Part shown: positions 1 through 9,822 of the stretch, piece by piece | How positions within the stretch are numbered: the first letter of the stretch is position 1 | Layout of the letters: each line of letters opens with the position of its first letter | Source: Staphylococcus phage Pel53 | Sequence record: PP952070.1 | DNA length: 53,660 nt | Strand: one strand, 5' to 3' | Program-made: the position numbers and the translations under genes | The notes under the pieces: model-generated | Told to the model about the DNA's origin: nothing | Databases searched by the model: none | Seen by the model: only the letters and a program-made list of their open reading frames with translations

Positions 1-1449
1 ATGGCAATTCCAATTTCCGATATCATCCAGGTCAACATTGCGGTATCTCCAAACGCTGTTGCCGTGGAAGGTTTTGGTCCGCTCCTGTTTCTGAGCAAAG
101 ATTTTTCTCCGGCACCAGGTGAAACTGTTCCTGTGCGCCAATACACCAGCATGGCTGCTGTCTCTGCTGATTTCCCATCTGGTGAAATCTATCAGGCTGC
201 TCTGGCATGGTATTCTCAGAAGCCAACTCCGAAGTATTTCTTAGTGGGTGCTGTTACTAACGAAAGCACTACCCCAGCAACATCCGGCTCCGTGACTGCA
301 TCTGCTGCTGCAACTTTGGATACTATTAAGGCACTTACTAATGGTGTGTTGTCTTTGGAAATTGATGGCGTAGTTAAGTCTACTGCACCAATCAACTTCT
401 CTTCGGCTCTCGACTTTGATGCCGCTGCTTCTATGGCTAATGCTGCGTTCATTGCTGCCGGTATTCCTGCCGTAATGTCTCAAACCACTGGGACCTTTAA
501 AGTCACTGCCAACTCTGTTGGTGCCAACTCCATCATTAGCGATGTGTTTGGTACTGCTGCTGCGGCATTCAAATTAGATTCTGCCTCAAGTCCAGTATAT
601 GCACAAGGCACTGATGAAGTATCTATCGGCTCTGACTTGAACGCAATCTTGAACTCCACGTTCAACTTCTTCTTCGTTGCAATTGACCGCAAATATCGCG
701 GCAGTGCTTCTGGCGATGTTCAGATGACCGTTGCCAAGTGGGCAGAAGCAAACGAGAAAGTGTTTGGCTGGGCTGACAGCGATAAACAAATTCTGGTTCC
801 TGGTGCTGAGTCTAGCTTCAAGCGGGCTAAAGAACAGAACCTCCAGCGCTCCTTGCTGGTGTATGATGCCTCTGACAATGGTGACGAGTATCCAGAGATT
901 TCTATCCTGGGTCGTGCATCAACTGTCAACTTCAACGTTGCAAACTCTTCACTTGTCCTGGCATTCAAACAAGGTCCAGCTATTAAGACTGCTGACCTAT
1001 CTCCGAACCAACTCGCTGCACTTGAGCGTGTAAATGGTAACGCATTCATCAACGTTGGCGGGAACACTATGTTCTACAACGGCAAGATGGCTGACGGCAC
1101 TTGGTTCGATACCGTTCAGGGTGTTTCTTGGCTGACCGCTAAGATTCGTGCGAACGTATTCAACCTGTTCTACACCTCCACTACCAAGATTCCTTGGACT
1201 GAAACTGGTGTGGCTCTGGTAAACCAACAAGTAACTCTGGCTCTGGAACTGGCTGTGACCAATGGTCTGATTGCCCCAGGTTACGACAATGAAGGCACCT
1301 TCTATGCAGATGGCTACAAAGTCTTGTCTACTGACTTGGCTCTGATGCAATCTCAGAAAGGCGCTCGTATCTGGGAAGGTACTTCCTTCATTGCAATTGG
1401 CTCTGGCGCATTGCAGGGTGCAGTTATCTCCGGCAACTTCGTTCAGTAA
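1..1449 (+). CDS. putative contractile tail sheath protein
   Basis: 482-aa ORF starting at window position 1. It lies immediately upstream of a small tube-like ORF and the chaperone/TMP block (sheath-tube-G/GT-TMP order typical of myoviruses). Codon usage is host-preferred (ctg/cgt/ccg), as for abundant structural proteins. Confidence 0.55.
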   Translation: MAIPISDIIQVNIAVSPNAVAVEGFGPLLFLSKDFSPAPGETVPVRQYTSMAAVSADFPSGEIYQAALAWYSQKPTPKYFLVGAVTNESTTPATSGSVTASAAATLDTIKALTNGVLSLEIDGVVKSTAPINFSSALDFDAAASMANAAFIAAGIPAVMSQTTGTFKVTANSVGANSIISDVFGTAAAAFKLDSASSPVYAQGTDEVSIGSDLNAILNSTFNFFFVAIDRKYRGSASGDVQMTVAKWAEANEKVFGWADSDKQILVPGAESSFKRAKEQNLQRSLLVYDASDNGDEYPEISILGRASTVNFNVANSSLVLAFKQGPAIKTADLSPNQLAALERVNGNAFINVGGNTMFYNGKMADGTWFDTVQGVSWLTAKIRANVFNLFYTSTTKIPWTETGVALVNQQVTLALELAVTNGLIAPGYDNEGTFYADGYKVLSTDLALMQSQKGARIWEGTSFIAIGSGALQGAVISGNFVQ

Positions 1450-1460
1450 GGGTGCGATAA

Positions 1461-1916
1461 GTGAAACAATATTCTTTCTATAATACCGACCTCATTATCG
1501 ATGGTGCTCGTGTAGATGGTTTTACTTCTGGTAATGCCATCATCACGGCTCGTCGTAACGCACCTCAACACCTGCCTGTTATTGATGCATATGGTAAGTT
1601 GGCTGTGGCTACCACGGCTGACCTGTCTGGTACGATTACTTTCCCGCTTCTGCAAACCGCAGACTGGAACGAAATCCTGTACAACCGTGCTCAGTTAACT
1701 CAGGCAACTGGCCTGTCTGGCAACAAATCTCTGTGGCAACCGCTCCAGATTCAGATTGTTGACAAGATGGGTGATGTGCTGGTCAATGGTGTAAACGGCG
1801 CTATCTTGCAGCAACCTGCAATTCAGCGTGGCGTATCCTTCACGTCTAACGTGTGGGCTATCTTTGTAGAACGCCTCCAGATTAAGACTGGTTCTTATCC
1901 GGAAATTGGCGTTTAA
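1461..1916 (+). CDS. putative tail tube protein
   Basis: 151 aa, directly after the sheath gene and before the chaperone pair. Its size and position match P2 FII/Mu tube proteins. Confidence 0.5.
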   Translation: MKQYSFYNTDLIIDGARVDGFTSGNAIITARRNAPQHLPVIDAYGKLAVATTADLSGTITFPLLQTADWNEILYNRAQLTQATGLSGNKSLWQPLQIQIVDKMGDVLVNGVNGAILQQPAIQRGVSFTSNVWAIFVERLQIKTGSYPEIGV

Positions 1917-1928
1917 TTTGGAGTAAGT

Positions 1929-2387
1929 ATGGCTTGTGAATTGCTTCAACGTGAATTCACAAACTCCAAAGGTGAAACAGTGTTAGTCGTTGTTCGACAA
2001 TTGTCGGCTTCGGCTGCACTGTCTCTTCATGCGGAGTTGGTAAGCAAGGTTGGTTCTCGTGTATTCCCATTCATCGAAGGTAAATATAACTTCGCTGATA
2101 TTATATACTTGATGCAGCAAGTAGAGCATACCGTATTCACAGAATTGTTTAAGCGTGTTATCAGCATGCAATCGTCCAAAGATGGACAAGAAATCAAACC
2201 TGCATTATATGATATGCAGTTCAATGGCGAATTGATGTTGTCTTGCCACGTCTTTGCTTTCGTACTAGAAGCAAACTTCCTTGATTTTTTCAAGCAAGGG
2301 CTCGAAATCAACGAACAGAGACGGTTGGAGGCGGAGGAAGCATCCAAGCTGGCAGAGCAGAAGAATTCGAGTCCGGAGACAGTTTAA
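1929..2387 (+). CDS. tail assembly chaperone (G-like, zero-frame product)
   Basis: 152-aa ORF between tube and tape measure. It contains the slippery heptamer T TTT TTC (2285-2291) in the zero frame. Confidence 0.6.
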   Translation: MACELLQREFTNSKGETVLVVVRQLSASAALSLHAELVSKVGSRVFPFIEGKYNFADIIYLMQQVEHTVFTELFKRVISMQSSKDGQEIKPALYDMQFNGELMLSCHVFAFVLEANFLDFFKQGLEINEQRRLEAEEASKLAEQKNSSPETV

Positions 2388-2563
2388 TATCCCTGTTCCC
2401 AGACATAAAATATTTTCTGCATCGTCCTATAATCGAAGACAGTTCTCTCTGCAAATTATGTGAATTGCAAGATGGGACCTATTCGATTATGGACTTATTG
2501 TTATTCCATGACATTCTCGATTTGCGTAAGAAACTCGAACCAGTAGATGAAGACAATGGCTAA
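1929..2563 (+). CDS. tail assembly chaperone GT-like fusion via programmed -1 frameshift at 2285-2291
   Basis: After a -1 slip on T_TTT_TTC, the -1 frame stays open for 91 codons with no ATG start of its own and terminates at TAA 2561-2563, overlapping the tape-measure start (2547). This is the classic G/GT arrangement. Confidence 0.5.
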
Positions 2564-5500
2564 TCAAAAAGATTTAATGAAGTTGAGTGCTAATGAGTTA
2601 ATTGCATTAGGCTCTCAAAGCGGTCTAACATTCCATGCTGGTATGAAGAAGTCGCACATGGTTCAGCAACTTAGTGCGAGTGCTGCGTCAGGATGGATGG
2701 ATACAAATGCAGAATTAATGGGTGGGTCGTTTGAGGATGATAGTTTAATCACTGAATCCTTTGGTGACTCTTCCATGATTTCTGATGCTGCCCACATTGC
2801 TCAAATGCTTTCTGGTGCTGGCTATACAGAATCATTTCATAATGCAATGAACGGACCTCTTCACCATGTAGAGGCAATCAACACATACATGGAAAGGCTT
2901 GGTGTCAACACAGACGATGTGTGGATGCACATGCCAAAGTCCAATCCGAACTTGCCGCAAGGTAACTTCAACATGCTTAATGCCTACATGCGAGATACTT
3001 TGCAAGGGCATCAAGATATTATGCCAGAAATCCCAGGTCACTATGCTGGTAATATTATGGCTGAATACTCCACCAACCGTGGAAACATTGCCGATTCATA
3101 CAACTACATGGCTCACATGTATGTCGACCGTGAACAATATGGCAATCACGAACAATACGCAAGAGACATTAGTCGAGTTGCCAAACGTCTGGAACAAGAG
3201 TTGCCCTCAGCCTTTAAGGAAGTTGGGTACACCTCAGCCTCTAATGTAGGAAATAAATCGGCCCCACATATTTCGTACATGGATGCACTTCCTCAGATTG
3301 GTTCTCCCTCAATTGTTTCTGATATTGCACATCCTCGTGCCCCTCTTAACGCATCTGGACTTCCTCTTGGTTCGTTTGGTGGCGGCATTAAGGCTGAATA
3401 TTCCTTATCTGCATCCCTATCTGGTTCTCCCGGCTGGTCGGATGTAAGCAAGACACTCTACCAAGATGTTTCTGGCGTAGTTAAGTCTGTGGCAAAGGCT
3501 TATTCTGGTAGTGCTGAAAGAGGAATGAATGCACACCGCACCCAATTTTCTGACAGAGACTTGATTCTCGACTCTGCTTCTCGTTATGCAGACATTGCAG
3601 ATGTTCGTTCTGGGTACGACAACCTTAAGAAAGATATTGGTGACGACCCTCTCTACTCTGGTTCATCCATTCGTGGTGTTCTTGAGAACGCACACCAATA
3701 TAATGAAGCAGAAGTTTCTAGAATATTTGACCCTGCCGAGCGTTTAAGAAATACTGGACCTGCTGAACTTAGTACATCCAGTGAGTTTACGGCAAATTTA
3801 AATGAACCGACAAGTTGGAACTCTGCAAGAGATAGAAGAGAGTCTATTGCTATTGCAAATCTCGATAGTGCTAGCGTTGGACAGCCTAGTTCGGTTAAGT
3901 ACCATGATTCGCTCGAACAAGGTACGCAGGAGTGGCTTGATTTTCGTAAGCAGTATGATATTACTGGCTCTACTATTGGTGATTATTTGGGCCACAACCC
4001 CGCAACCAATAATAGCCCAATACATACAATGGGCGAAAAGATTGGCCTCACGGTAAGAAAGGATTCACCACGAGCGCGTGAGAACTTTGAGCGTGGTCAT
4101 AGATTAGAGGCGTGGGCCAGGCCCAGGGTAGGTGAACGGTATGGTGTTGAAATAGCTGAAACTGGTGCAATCACAAACGACAACTATCCTGGCATGATGT
4201 ACTCACCAGATGGATTAATTGGTGATGATGCTTTGTGGGAACATAAAGCTCCAAATAACTTTAAAGATTTGGAAACAACTCCAAACTACATGGACCAGAT
4301 GCAACTTGGTATGCATTTGAGTGGTCGTAGTCGCACACTGTTTACCCAAACTGTTGGCGAAGAATCCAGAAGTCAGTGGGTTGAAGCCGACCCAACGTGG
4401 TTTGAACGTAACAAGAACAAGATTGCATCTTCTCAAGCACGTATGAATGCTGGCCGCGAGTTTATGGAAAGCTCCGACCTTGAAGGCAAAGACCTTGTTA
4501 GTGAAACCCGCAAAGTTATGTCCGGTGATGGAATTTGGGGCTACCAGACTCGTGACCACAGGGAAGGTGAGGGATATACTGCTGGCAAGCGCGGGATGGC
4601 TAAATTTAGTGCCGCTGCTGGCACTGCCGATGACCCGTTTATTGGCTCCCATTCTTCCTACAACCCAGAAGCATCTCGCTCAGATTACCAATCAAACTCC
4701 CCAGCAACCACAGGGAATGGTGACACTGGTAATGATTCAATGGCACTGTCTGTTAAGAAAGGTATCCTTGCTGCTCAGGAAGAGAATAAGCAAAAGGGTA
4801 TTGGTGCAGATGCGGACTTTGATGGCAAAGCCGATTCAATGGGCTGGGACCGTGAAAGATTTGATGCTGCCAATGGTGGTGGGAGCGGTGGTGGTGGCGG
4901 TCGTGGTGGCCACTTTACAAGTGGTGGCAACTACTTTGATGACTACGGTCGTATGGGTGGTTCCTTAGCTGCTGGTATTGCTGGTGGTAGTATTGGTTCA
5001 GCATCCAACGGAGTTATGCAAGCATTGATGGCAACTCCTGCTGGACGTGTAGCTGCTGTAGGCATTGGTGCTATTCAGATTGGCAATGAAGCTGCTGAAT
5101 ACATGAATGACTTTATCGGCAACTCACTTGATGCAGGTGTGGCGAATCCTAACGAATACTCTTCTATGTCGCAGGGCTTGGAGATGTTGGGACTCAACTC
5201 ACAACAAGCATCACGTCTGAATCAAACCACACATAGTGCCTATAACACCATGCTTAACGGCGACCCTAGCGGCGCTGTGAACATTGTTCGTGGCAGTAGG
5301 GGATTGCTAACCATAGGTGATATTCGTGCGACAGGCGGCGACCCTGTGGCCCTGGCTCGCATTATGCAGGAAAGAGGCCAGGAGCGAGGGTGGAGTCAGG
5401 CCCGTATCGCAGGTGCTGCCGAAATGGCTGGCCTACAGGGAATGGCGCGAGCGTATGACCGCACGGAATACAGCCATGAGCAAGCTGGCTCGGTGGTAGA

Positions 5501-6251
5501 AGCAGGCAGAAACTCTGACTTTGCCGAAGGTATGGCTCAATCAGAAATGTTGCAGGGAAGCCGCGCACGCGTGCTGCCTAGCTACAACGTGCCACAAAGT
5601 GTTCTATCTAATGGCGCTCCAATCTTCGAAGCCGGAAGTGCTGCACTTGACGGTGCTCGTACTGGATTCAATCAGGCTCGTGAGTTTGCTGGAAGTGTTT
5701 ATGACTTTATCGCTCAGGAAGAATCCGGTGGTCGTGAATATAACAAGGATGGTTCTCGTGTAACAAGTCCTACTGGTGCTCGTGGAATAATGCAGGTTCT
5801 TCCTTCAACTGCCCGTGACCCAGGATTTGGAATCACGCCGTCTAACGGAACTCCAGAAGATGATGCACGAGTTGGTCGTGAATACTATGCCGCAATGTAC
5901 AAGCGTTATGGCGACCACGAGAAAGCAATGGCTGCTTATACAGATGGCCCTGGCAATGTTGACGATGCCATTGCTGCGAAGAAGGGGGATTGGCTTACTG
6001 CTGTTCCCAAGCAGGCACAGAATCGCGTCAAAGCATTCCGTGAATGGTCAAAGTCTTCTCAATCTATGGAAGAGGGTGCTACAGGGTTTACTCGCAATGG
6101 AATGTCCTATGGTCAAACCCAAACTGTTGTCAATCTTAATATTGTGGCTAAGGTTAACAACCAAACTGCCTCTGCTACAGTTGCAGTTCCTGGTGGCCAG
6201 ACTGTAACTCAGCAAATGAACATGAACAACGGTGCACAACAAAGGCGTTAA
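2547..6251 (+). CDS. tail tape measure protein with C-terminal soluble lytic transglycosylase (SLT) domain
   Basis: 1234 aa with a Gly-rich central region (GGGSGGGGGRGG). The C-terminus carries SLT family-1 motifs: QEESGGREYN (catalytic Glu), GIMQVLPSTA, AYTDGPGN. Confidence 0.8.
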   Translation: MKTMANQKDLMKLSANELIALGSQSGLTFHAGMKKSHMVQQLSASAASGWMDTNAELMGGSFEDDSLITESFGDSSMISDAAHIAQMLSGAGYTESFHNAMNGPLHHVEAINTYMERLGVNTDDVWMHMPKSNPNLPQGNFNMLNAYMRDTLQGHQDIMPEIPGHYAGNIMAEYSTNRGNIADSYNYMAHMYVDREQYGNHEQYARDISRVAKRLEQELPSAFKEVGYTSASNVGNKSAPHISYMDALPQIGSPSIVSDIAHPRAPLNASGLPLGSFGGGIKAEYSLSASLSGSPGWSDVSKTLYQDVSGVVKSVAKAYSGSAERGMNAHRTQFSDRDLILDSASRYADIADVRSGYDNLKKDIGDDPLYSGSSIRGVLENAHQYNEAEVSRIFDPAERLRNTGPAELSTSSEFTANLNEPTSWNSARDRRESIAIANLDSASVGQPSSVKYHDSLEQGTQEWLDFRKQYDITGSTIGDYLGHNPATNNSPIHTMGEKIGLTVRKDSPRARENFERGHRLEAWARPRVGERYGVEIAETGAITNDNYPGMMYSPDGLIGDDALWEHKAPNNFKDLETTPNYMDQMQLGMHLSGRSRTLFTQTVGEESRSQWVEADPTWFERNKNKIASSQARMNAGREFMESSDLEGKDLVSETRKVMSGDGIWGYQTRDHREGEGYTAGKRGMAKFSAAAGTADDPFIGSHSSYNPEASRSDYQSNSPATTGNGDTGNDSMALSVKKGILAAQEENKQKGIGADADFDGKADSMGWDRERFDAANGGGSGGGGGRGGHFTSGGNYFDDYGRMGGSLAAGIAGGSIGSASNGVMQALMATPAGRVAAVGIGAIQIGNEAAEYMNDFIGNSLDAGVANPNEYSSMSQGLEMLGLNSQQASRLNQTTHSAYNTMLNGDPSGAVNIVRGSRGLLTIGDIRATGGDPVALARIMQERGQERGWSQARIAGAAEMAGLQGMARAYDRTEYSHEQAGSVVEAGRNSDFAEGMAQSEMLQGSRARVLPSYNVPQSVLSNGAPIFEAGSAALDGARTGFNQAREFAGSVYDFIAQEESGGREYNKDGSRVTSPTGARGIMQVLPSTARDPGFGITPSNGTPEDDARVGREYYAAMYKRYGDHEKAMAAYTDGPGNVDDAIAAKKGDWLTAVPKQAQNRVKAFREWSKSSQSMEEGATGFTRNGMSYGQTQTVVNLNIVAKVNNQTASATVAVPGGQTVTQQMNMNNGAQQRR

Positions 6252-6282
6252 TGAGTTGGGGAGAAATCCCCAGCTTACTTTA

Positions 6283-6300
6283 ACATTAGTTGAATATGTA
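6283..6300 (+). promoter_or_regulatory. phage promoter-like motif upstream of first post-TMP gene
   Basis: acattagttgaatatgta, 24 bp upstream of ATG 6324. Confidence 0.4.
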
Positions 6301-6323
6301 TTAATTTCAATAGGTATATTGCA

Positions 6324-7418
6324 ATGCCGTGGCTACGCAGAGTTGAAGTAATAGTTTCACGTAAAGAAGACCCAAGTATTCGAACAACATTTAAATCACA
6401 TCGTATTGATTTCGAAGTTCGTTCTACTGTTGGGTGGCCCGCCGATACAGCAAACATAACTCTGTTTAACTTGTCATTAGAAGAAGTTAAGTTCCTCCAG
6501 GACAAGACTTACGGAGATATGTATATTGAAATTCGTGCAGGGTATGCAGAAGATGAACGTGGGGCTTCTAATGGTGGTGTCAAGAAGTTTGGTCAGAAGG
6601 CCGAACAAAGCAACCGTGTAGAAGTGAACACCACTTTGCCAACCATCTTCTCTGGCATCATTACAAACGCAGTTGGCTACAGAAAGCCTCCTGAGCATGT
6701 AACACAACTGTTTTGTATCTCCAAGGCATACGGTGCATCTACTGATTTCAAACAGTTGACTGCAATCAAGCCTGGAACTAAGCTCATTGATGCGATGCGC
6801 TCAATGTGTTCTGACTATGGATTCAATACTATCTCTACATTCGGTGTGGAAGATTCAATCCTTGAAACAATCATGCCTCGTGGGCGTGTGTTCCATGACA
6901 CATTCTTAAACGAATTTCGTAACATGCTTGGCGAATACAATTTGCTATACACTGTTACAACTGGTGAAGTGCAAATCTTCCCAGATACCTTTGGTGATAA
7001 GGATGCAGTAAATAGAATGTCCAAAGACAGAGAGCCAGTTAAGCTGGATGCCAACTCCGTCATTGGAAACCCTGTTGCTGGAATCTGCACCTATACTTTA
7101 AATACATTCCTAAACCCATCTTTCCAACCAGGGATGATTCTTGATGTATCTCCTTTGCTTGGCGACAAGCTGCTTGCCAATGGTGTGACTTCTGTTAGTG
7201 GTGATGGAATTGTTCTTAACACAGACCAGTCTGTATTCCGTTGGGCTGTCGAGGACAAATACTTTATCATGGAAGTTGTGCATAAGGGTTCGACTCACAC
7301 AACCATTTATCAAACATCAATCACTGCAATCTTGGGTGGCAATACAATGATGGGTGGTAAGGAAGCTGCGTGGCAGGAAATGTATGCTAACAGTGGAATG
7401 GCAATGGAGTCATTTTAA
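6324..7418 (+). CDS. tail/baseplate protein (hub or DNA-circulation-like, uncertain)
   Basis: 364 aa, immediately downstream of the TMP and preceded by the phage promoter-like motif at 6283-6300. No diagnostic motif recognised. Confidence 0.35.
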   Translation: MPWLRRVEVIVSRKEDPSIRTTFKSHRIDFEVRSTVGWPADTANITLFNLSLEEVKFLQDKTYGDMYIEIRAGYAEDERGASNGGVKKFGQKAEQSNRVEVNTTLPTIFSGIITNAVGYRKPPEHVTQLFCISKAYGASTDFKQLTAIKPGTKLIDAMRSMCSDYGFNTISTFGVEDSILETIMPRGRVFHDTFLNEFRNMLGEYNLLYTVTTGEVQIFPDTFGDKDAVNRMSKDREPVKLDANSVIGNPVAGICTYTLNTFLNPSFQPGMILDVSPLLGDKLLANGVTSVSGDGIVLNTDQSVFRWAVEDKYFIMEVVHKGSTHTTIYQTSITAILGGNTMMGGKEAAWQEMYANSGMAMESF

Positions 7419-8305
7419 TGTCTATCTTTGATACCGACCTCATTGGTGGTGTGTCCAAAGGCTTGAAGAATTTCAGCTACGGGCATCATCCATCTATTGT
7501 TATGTGGTCCAATGGACCTGCATCCCAGAAGGAAGAAGAGTCTGGACTGTTTGGTGGATTTGCGAAAGCACTTGAGAGCTTACCCATTGTTGGTGAAGCT
7601 GCCACCGAAAGTTTTAACTCTTTTAAATTTGATGCGATGGTTAGTGAAGAACACGCATCCGAAACAACTGTAACCAAGTTCCCTGTAAGTTCCGGCTTCA
7701 TGGTGAGTGACCACGTTATTAACCAGAACCGTATGCTCAAGTTGACTGCTGTTGCTGTTAACATGCAGAACTCTTCCATGTGGTCCGCTTCCATACAGGG
7801 TTTGTCAGTTGCTTCTGGTGCAATCTTCAACAGCCCAATTATCCCAATCCTTGGTGGCATTGCTGGTGGCGTTGCTTCTGCATTTGAAACAAGCAACCGA
7901 ATCCAGTCTACCTACGACTTGTTTAACAGCTTCCGTGTTACGGGGCAGAAGTTATACATCTCCACCATTCTGGGACCTTATTTGAATTGCGTAGTAACCT
8001 CAATCAAAACCAAACATGATAAAATGACTTCTGCAATGTTGTCAGTTGAAATCCTGTTTGAAGAGTTGCAGACGGTTGATGAAGATGTTCTTGCCAGCGA
8101 AGCTCGTAAGGCAATGGAATCAATGTCTGACTACTCTGAATTTGCAAAGGTTGCTCAGAGTTTGGGTATGGGTGTTCTTGGTGGTGTTCCACTTCCAGGA
8201 CTCGGTGCTATTGGCACACTACCCACCAAACAGTTATCCAACTTGAAAGGTAAGTTGAGCGAACTTGCTTCTCCACTTTCTTCCATCAAGGGACGTATCC
8301 TATGA
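7418..8305 (+). CDS. tail/baseplate protein
   Basis: 295 aa, start overlaps the previous stop (ATGTCT.. at 7418). Position within the baseplate block. Confidence 0.35.
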   Translation: MSIFDTDLIGGVSKGLKNFSYGHHPSIVMWSNGPASQKEEESGLFGGFAKALESLPIVGEAATESFNSFKFDAMVSEEHASETTVTKFPVSSGFMVSDHVINQNRMLKLTAVAVNMQNSSMWSASIQGLSVASGAIFNSPIIPILGGIAGGVASAFETSNRIQSTYDLFNSFRVTGQKLYISTILGPYLNCVVTSIKTKHDKMTSAMLSVEILFEELQTVDEDVLASEARKAMESMSDYSEFAKVAQSLGMGVLGGVPLPGLGAIGTLPTKQLSNLKGKLSELASPLSSIKGRIL

Positions 8306-8664
8306 TTGAGCAGGAACAACAAGCTCTAAAACAGATTGCTGAACTTCTGCCTACCGGATATGTGAAAGGTGTTCCCTACGATATAAGTAAGGATGTTTCG
8401 TTTGAGTTCAATGGTGTGACAGTTAAAATGTCAGCACTGTATTTAAACGAATACTTAAACTGCTACATGTTTGATTTAGCATGGGGAGCCACGAATAAAA
8501 TATTCGGAATCCCTATTCGCTGTGGTATTAATATTCTTAAGCAATATAAGACTCCACTGCCAAACATGTATGCAGCCAACACAGTATTCCCTGGTGAAGA
8601 AGTAACAAGCTACCGACAACTCTACCTATTCATTATTGATGAGAGTGTACTCGAACGTGGCTAG
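8302..8664 (+). CDS. small baseplate-associated protein
   Basis: 120 aa, translationally coupled (ATGA overlap) in the baseplate block. Confidence 0.3.
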   Translation: MIEQEQQALKQIAELLPTGYVKGVPYDISKDVSFEFNGVTVKMSALYLNEYLNCYMFDLAWGATNKIFGIPIRCGINILKQYKTPLPNMYAANTVFPGEEVTSYRQLYLFIIDESVLERG

Positions 8665-9451
8665 TCATAACAATAACCAAAATGCTCCTGACATTAACAC
8701 AAGTTATCCAGGGCATATATACAACTTCGATACAGTGACGCAGACTTGTGAAGTCCAGCTTGCAATCGAAAACTTGTTTGTGGGTTATGCCGAAGCCTAT
8801 TCCTTGCAGCCTAAACAGAGGTTGCAGGGGGTTCCTGTACAATTCATCCAGGGTGGCGGTTGGAGTTTAACCCATCCGGTTCCCGATGGTACGCCATGCT
8901 ATGTACATTTCTCGCAACGAGGGATAGACCATTGGTTGGCCGAGAACAAAGACAGCGCTGGTTTAAGAAACGGGCGACCTGCTCCTGAGTTTAGTCAGTT
9001 GTTCTCTTGCAACGCTGCCGTATGTACCATCGGGACCCAGCCTTTGACTAAAGTTATTCCAGGATTTAATGGTGGAGTAACAGAACTGCGCAACGCAGAC
9101 AGAAGCCAAAGACTAACATTGCATGGTGATGGTTTAATTGAAATCATTACTGGTGCTGCGAAGATTCAAATCACAAAAGATTCGGAGATTCTCATTGAAG
9201 TTACGTCACAAGCTACAGTTAAAGCGCCGCAGATTACATTGGATGGCGACACGACCGTTACAAAATCCTTAACAGTGTTGGGTGGCATGGCTGTATCTGG
9301 CATCAAAGATGGTTCCACTGCAACGTTCACTGGCAACTTTAAGATGGATGGTAACATGGTTCAAACTGGTTCCCTCACTCTTAATGGTATTAAGGTTGAT
9401 GGTCACACTCACACTAACCCAGAAGGCGGCGATGTTGGGCCGATGAAATAA
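8636..9451 (+). CDS. baseplate central spike protein (P2 gpV / Mu gp45-like)
   Basis: Start uncertain: in-frame ATG at 8636/8639 or GTG at 8657. The C-terminus GIKVDGHTHTNPEGGDVGPMK resembles the P2 gpV C-terminal HTHKHPGDSGG motif; the N-terminal OB-like region resembles gpV. Confidence 0.65.
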   Translation: MMRVYSNVASHNNNQNAPDINTSYPGHIYNFDTVTQTCEVQLAIENLFVGYAEAYSLQPKQRLQGVPVQFIQGGGWSLTHPVPDGTPCYVHFSQRGIDHWLAENKDSAGLRNGRPAPEFSQLFSCNAAVCTIGTQPLTKVIPGFNGGVTELRNADRSQRLTLHGDGLIEIITGAAKIQITKDSEILIEVTSQATVKAPQITLDGDTTVTKSLTVLGGMAVSGIKDGSTATFTGNFKMDGNMVQTGSLTLNGIKVDGHTHTNPEGGDVGPMK

Positions 9452-9822
9452 TGGCTGGAAATTTAGCTCTTGATTCAAACCACGACATTATTATTGGGCG
9501 TGGAACAACTCGTATTTCAGGTGCGGCTCAAGTTGCTCAATTGGTTAAGTGTCGGTTGTTGACAATCTTCGGAGAATGGAAGCTCGACAATTCGTTGGGC
9601 TTACCGTGGTTCGAAGCAATCTTTACCAAGCAAGTACGTCCATCGGATATTGAGGCAGCAATAGCCAATATTATTCGAGGAACTACTGGTGTACAGCAAC
9701 TTATCTCAATTGAGATTGATGCAGACTACCGAGCCAGAAGCCTTGGAATCTCCTTTACTGCATTGTCTGATTATGGCGACATTACGGAATTCTTAACATG
9801 GCAACAATCCAATACGGCGTAA
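9451..9822 (+). CDS. baseplate wedge protein (gpW / gp25-like)
   Basis: 123 aa, directly after the spike gene with ATGA-type coupling. Size and position match P2 gpW. Confidence 0.5.
   Translation: MAGNLALDSNHDIIIGRGTTRISGAAQVAQLVKCRLLTIFGEWKLDNSLGLPWFEAIFTKQVRPSDIEAAIANIIRGTTGVQQLISIEIDADYRARSLGISFTALSDYGDITEFLTWQQSNTA

Noticed and set aside
2281-2463. Track ORF in the +1 frame overlapping the chaperone gene, as a possible frameshift product
   Set aside because: Its translation (RRRKHPSWQSRRIRVRRQ...) looks like out-of-frame noise. The canonical slippery site directs a -1 shift into the other frame, which is open up to the TMP start.
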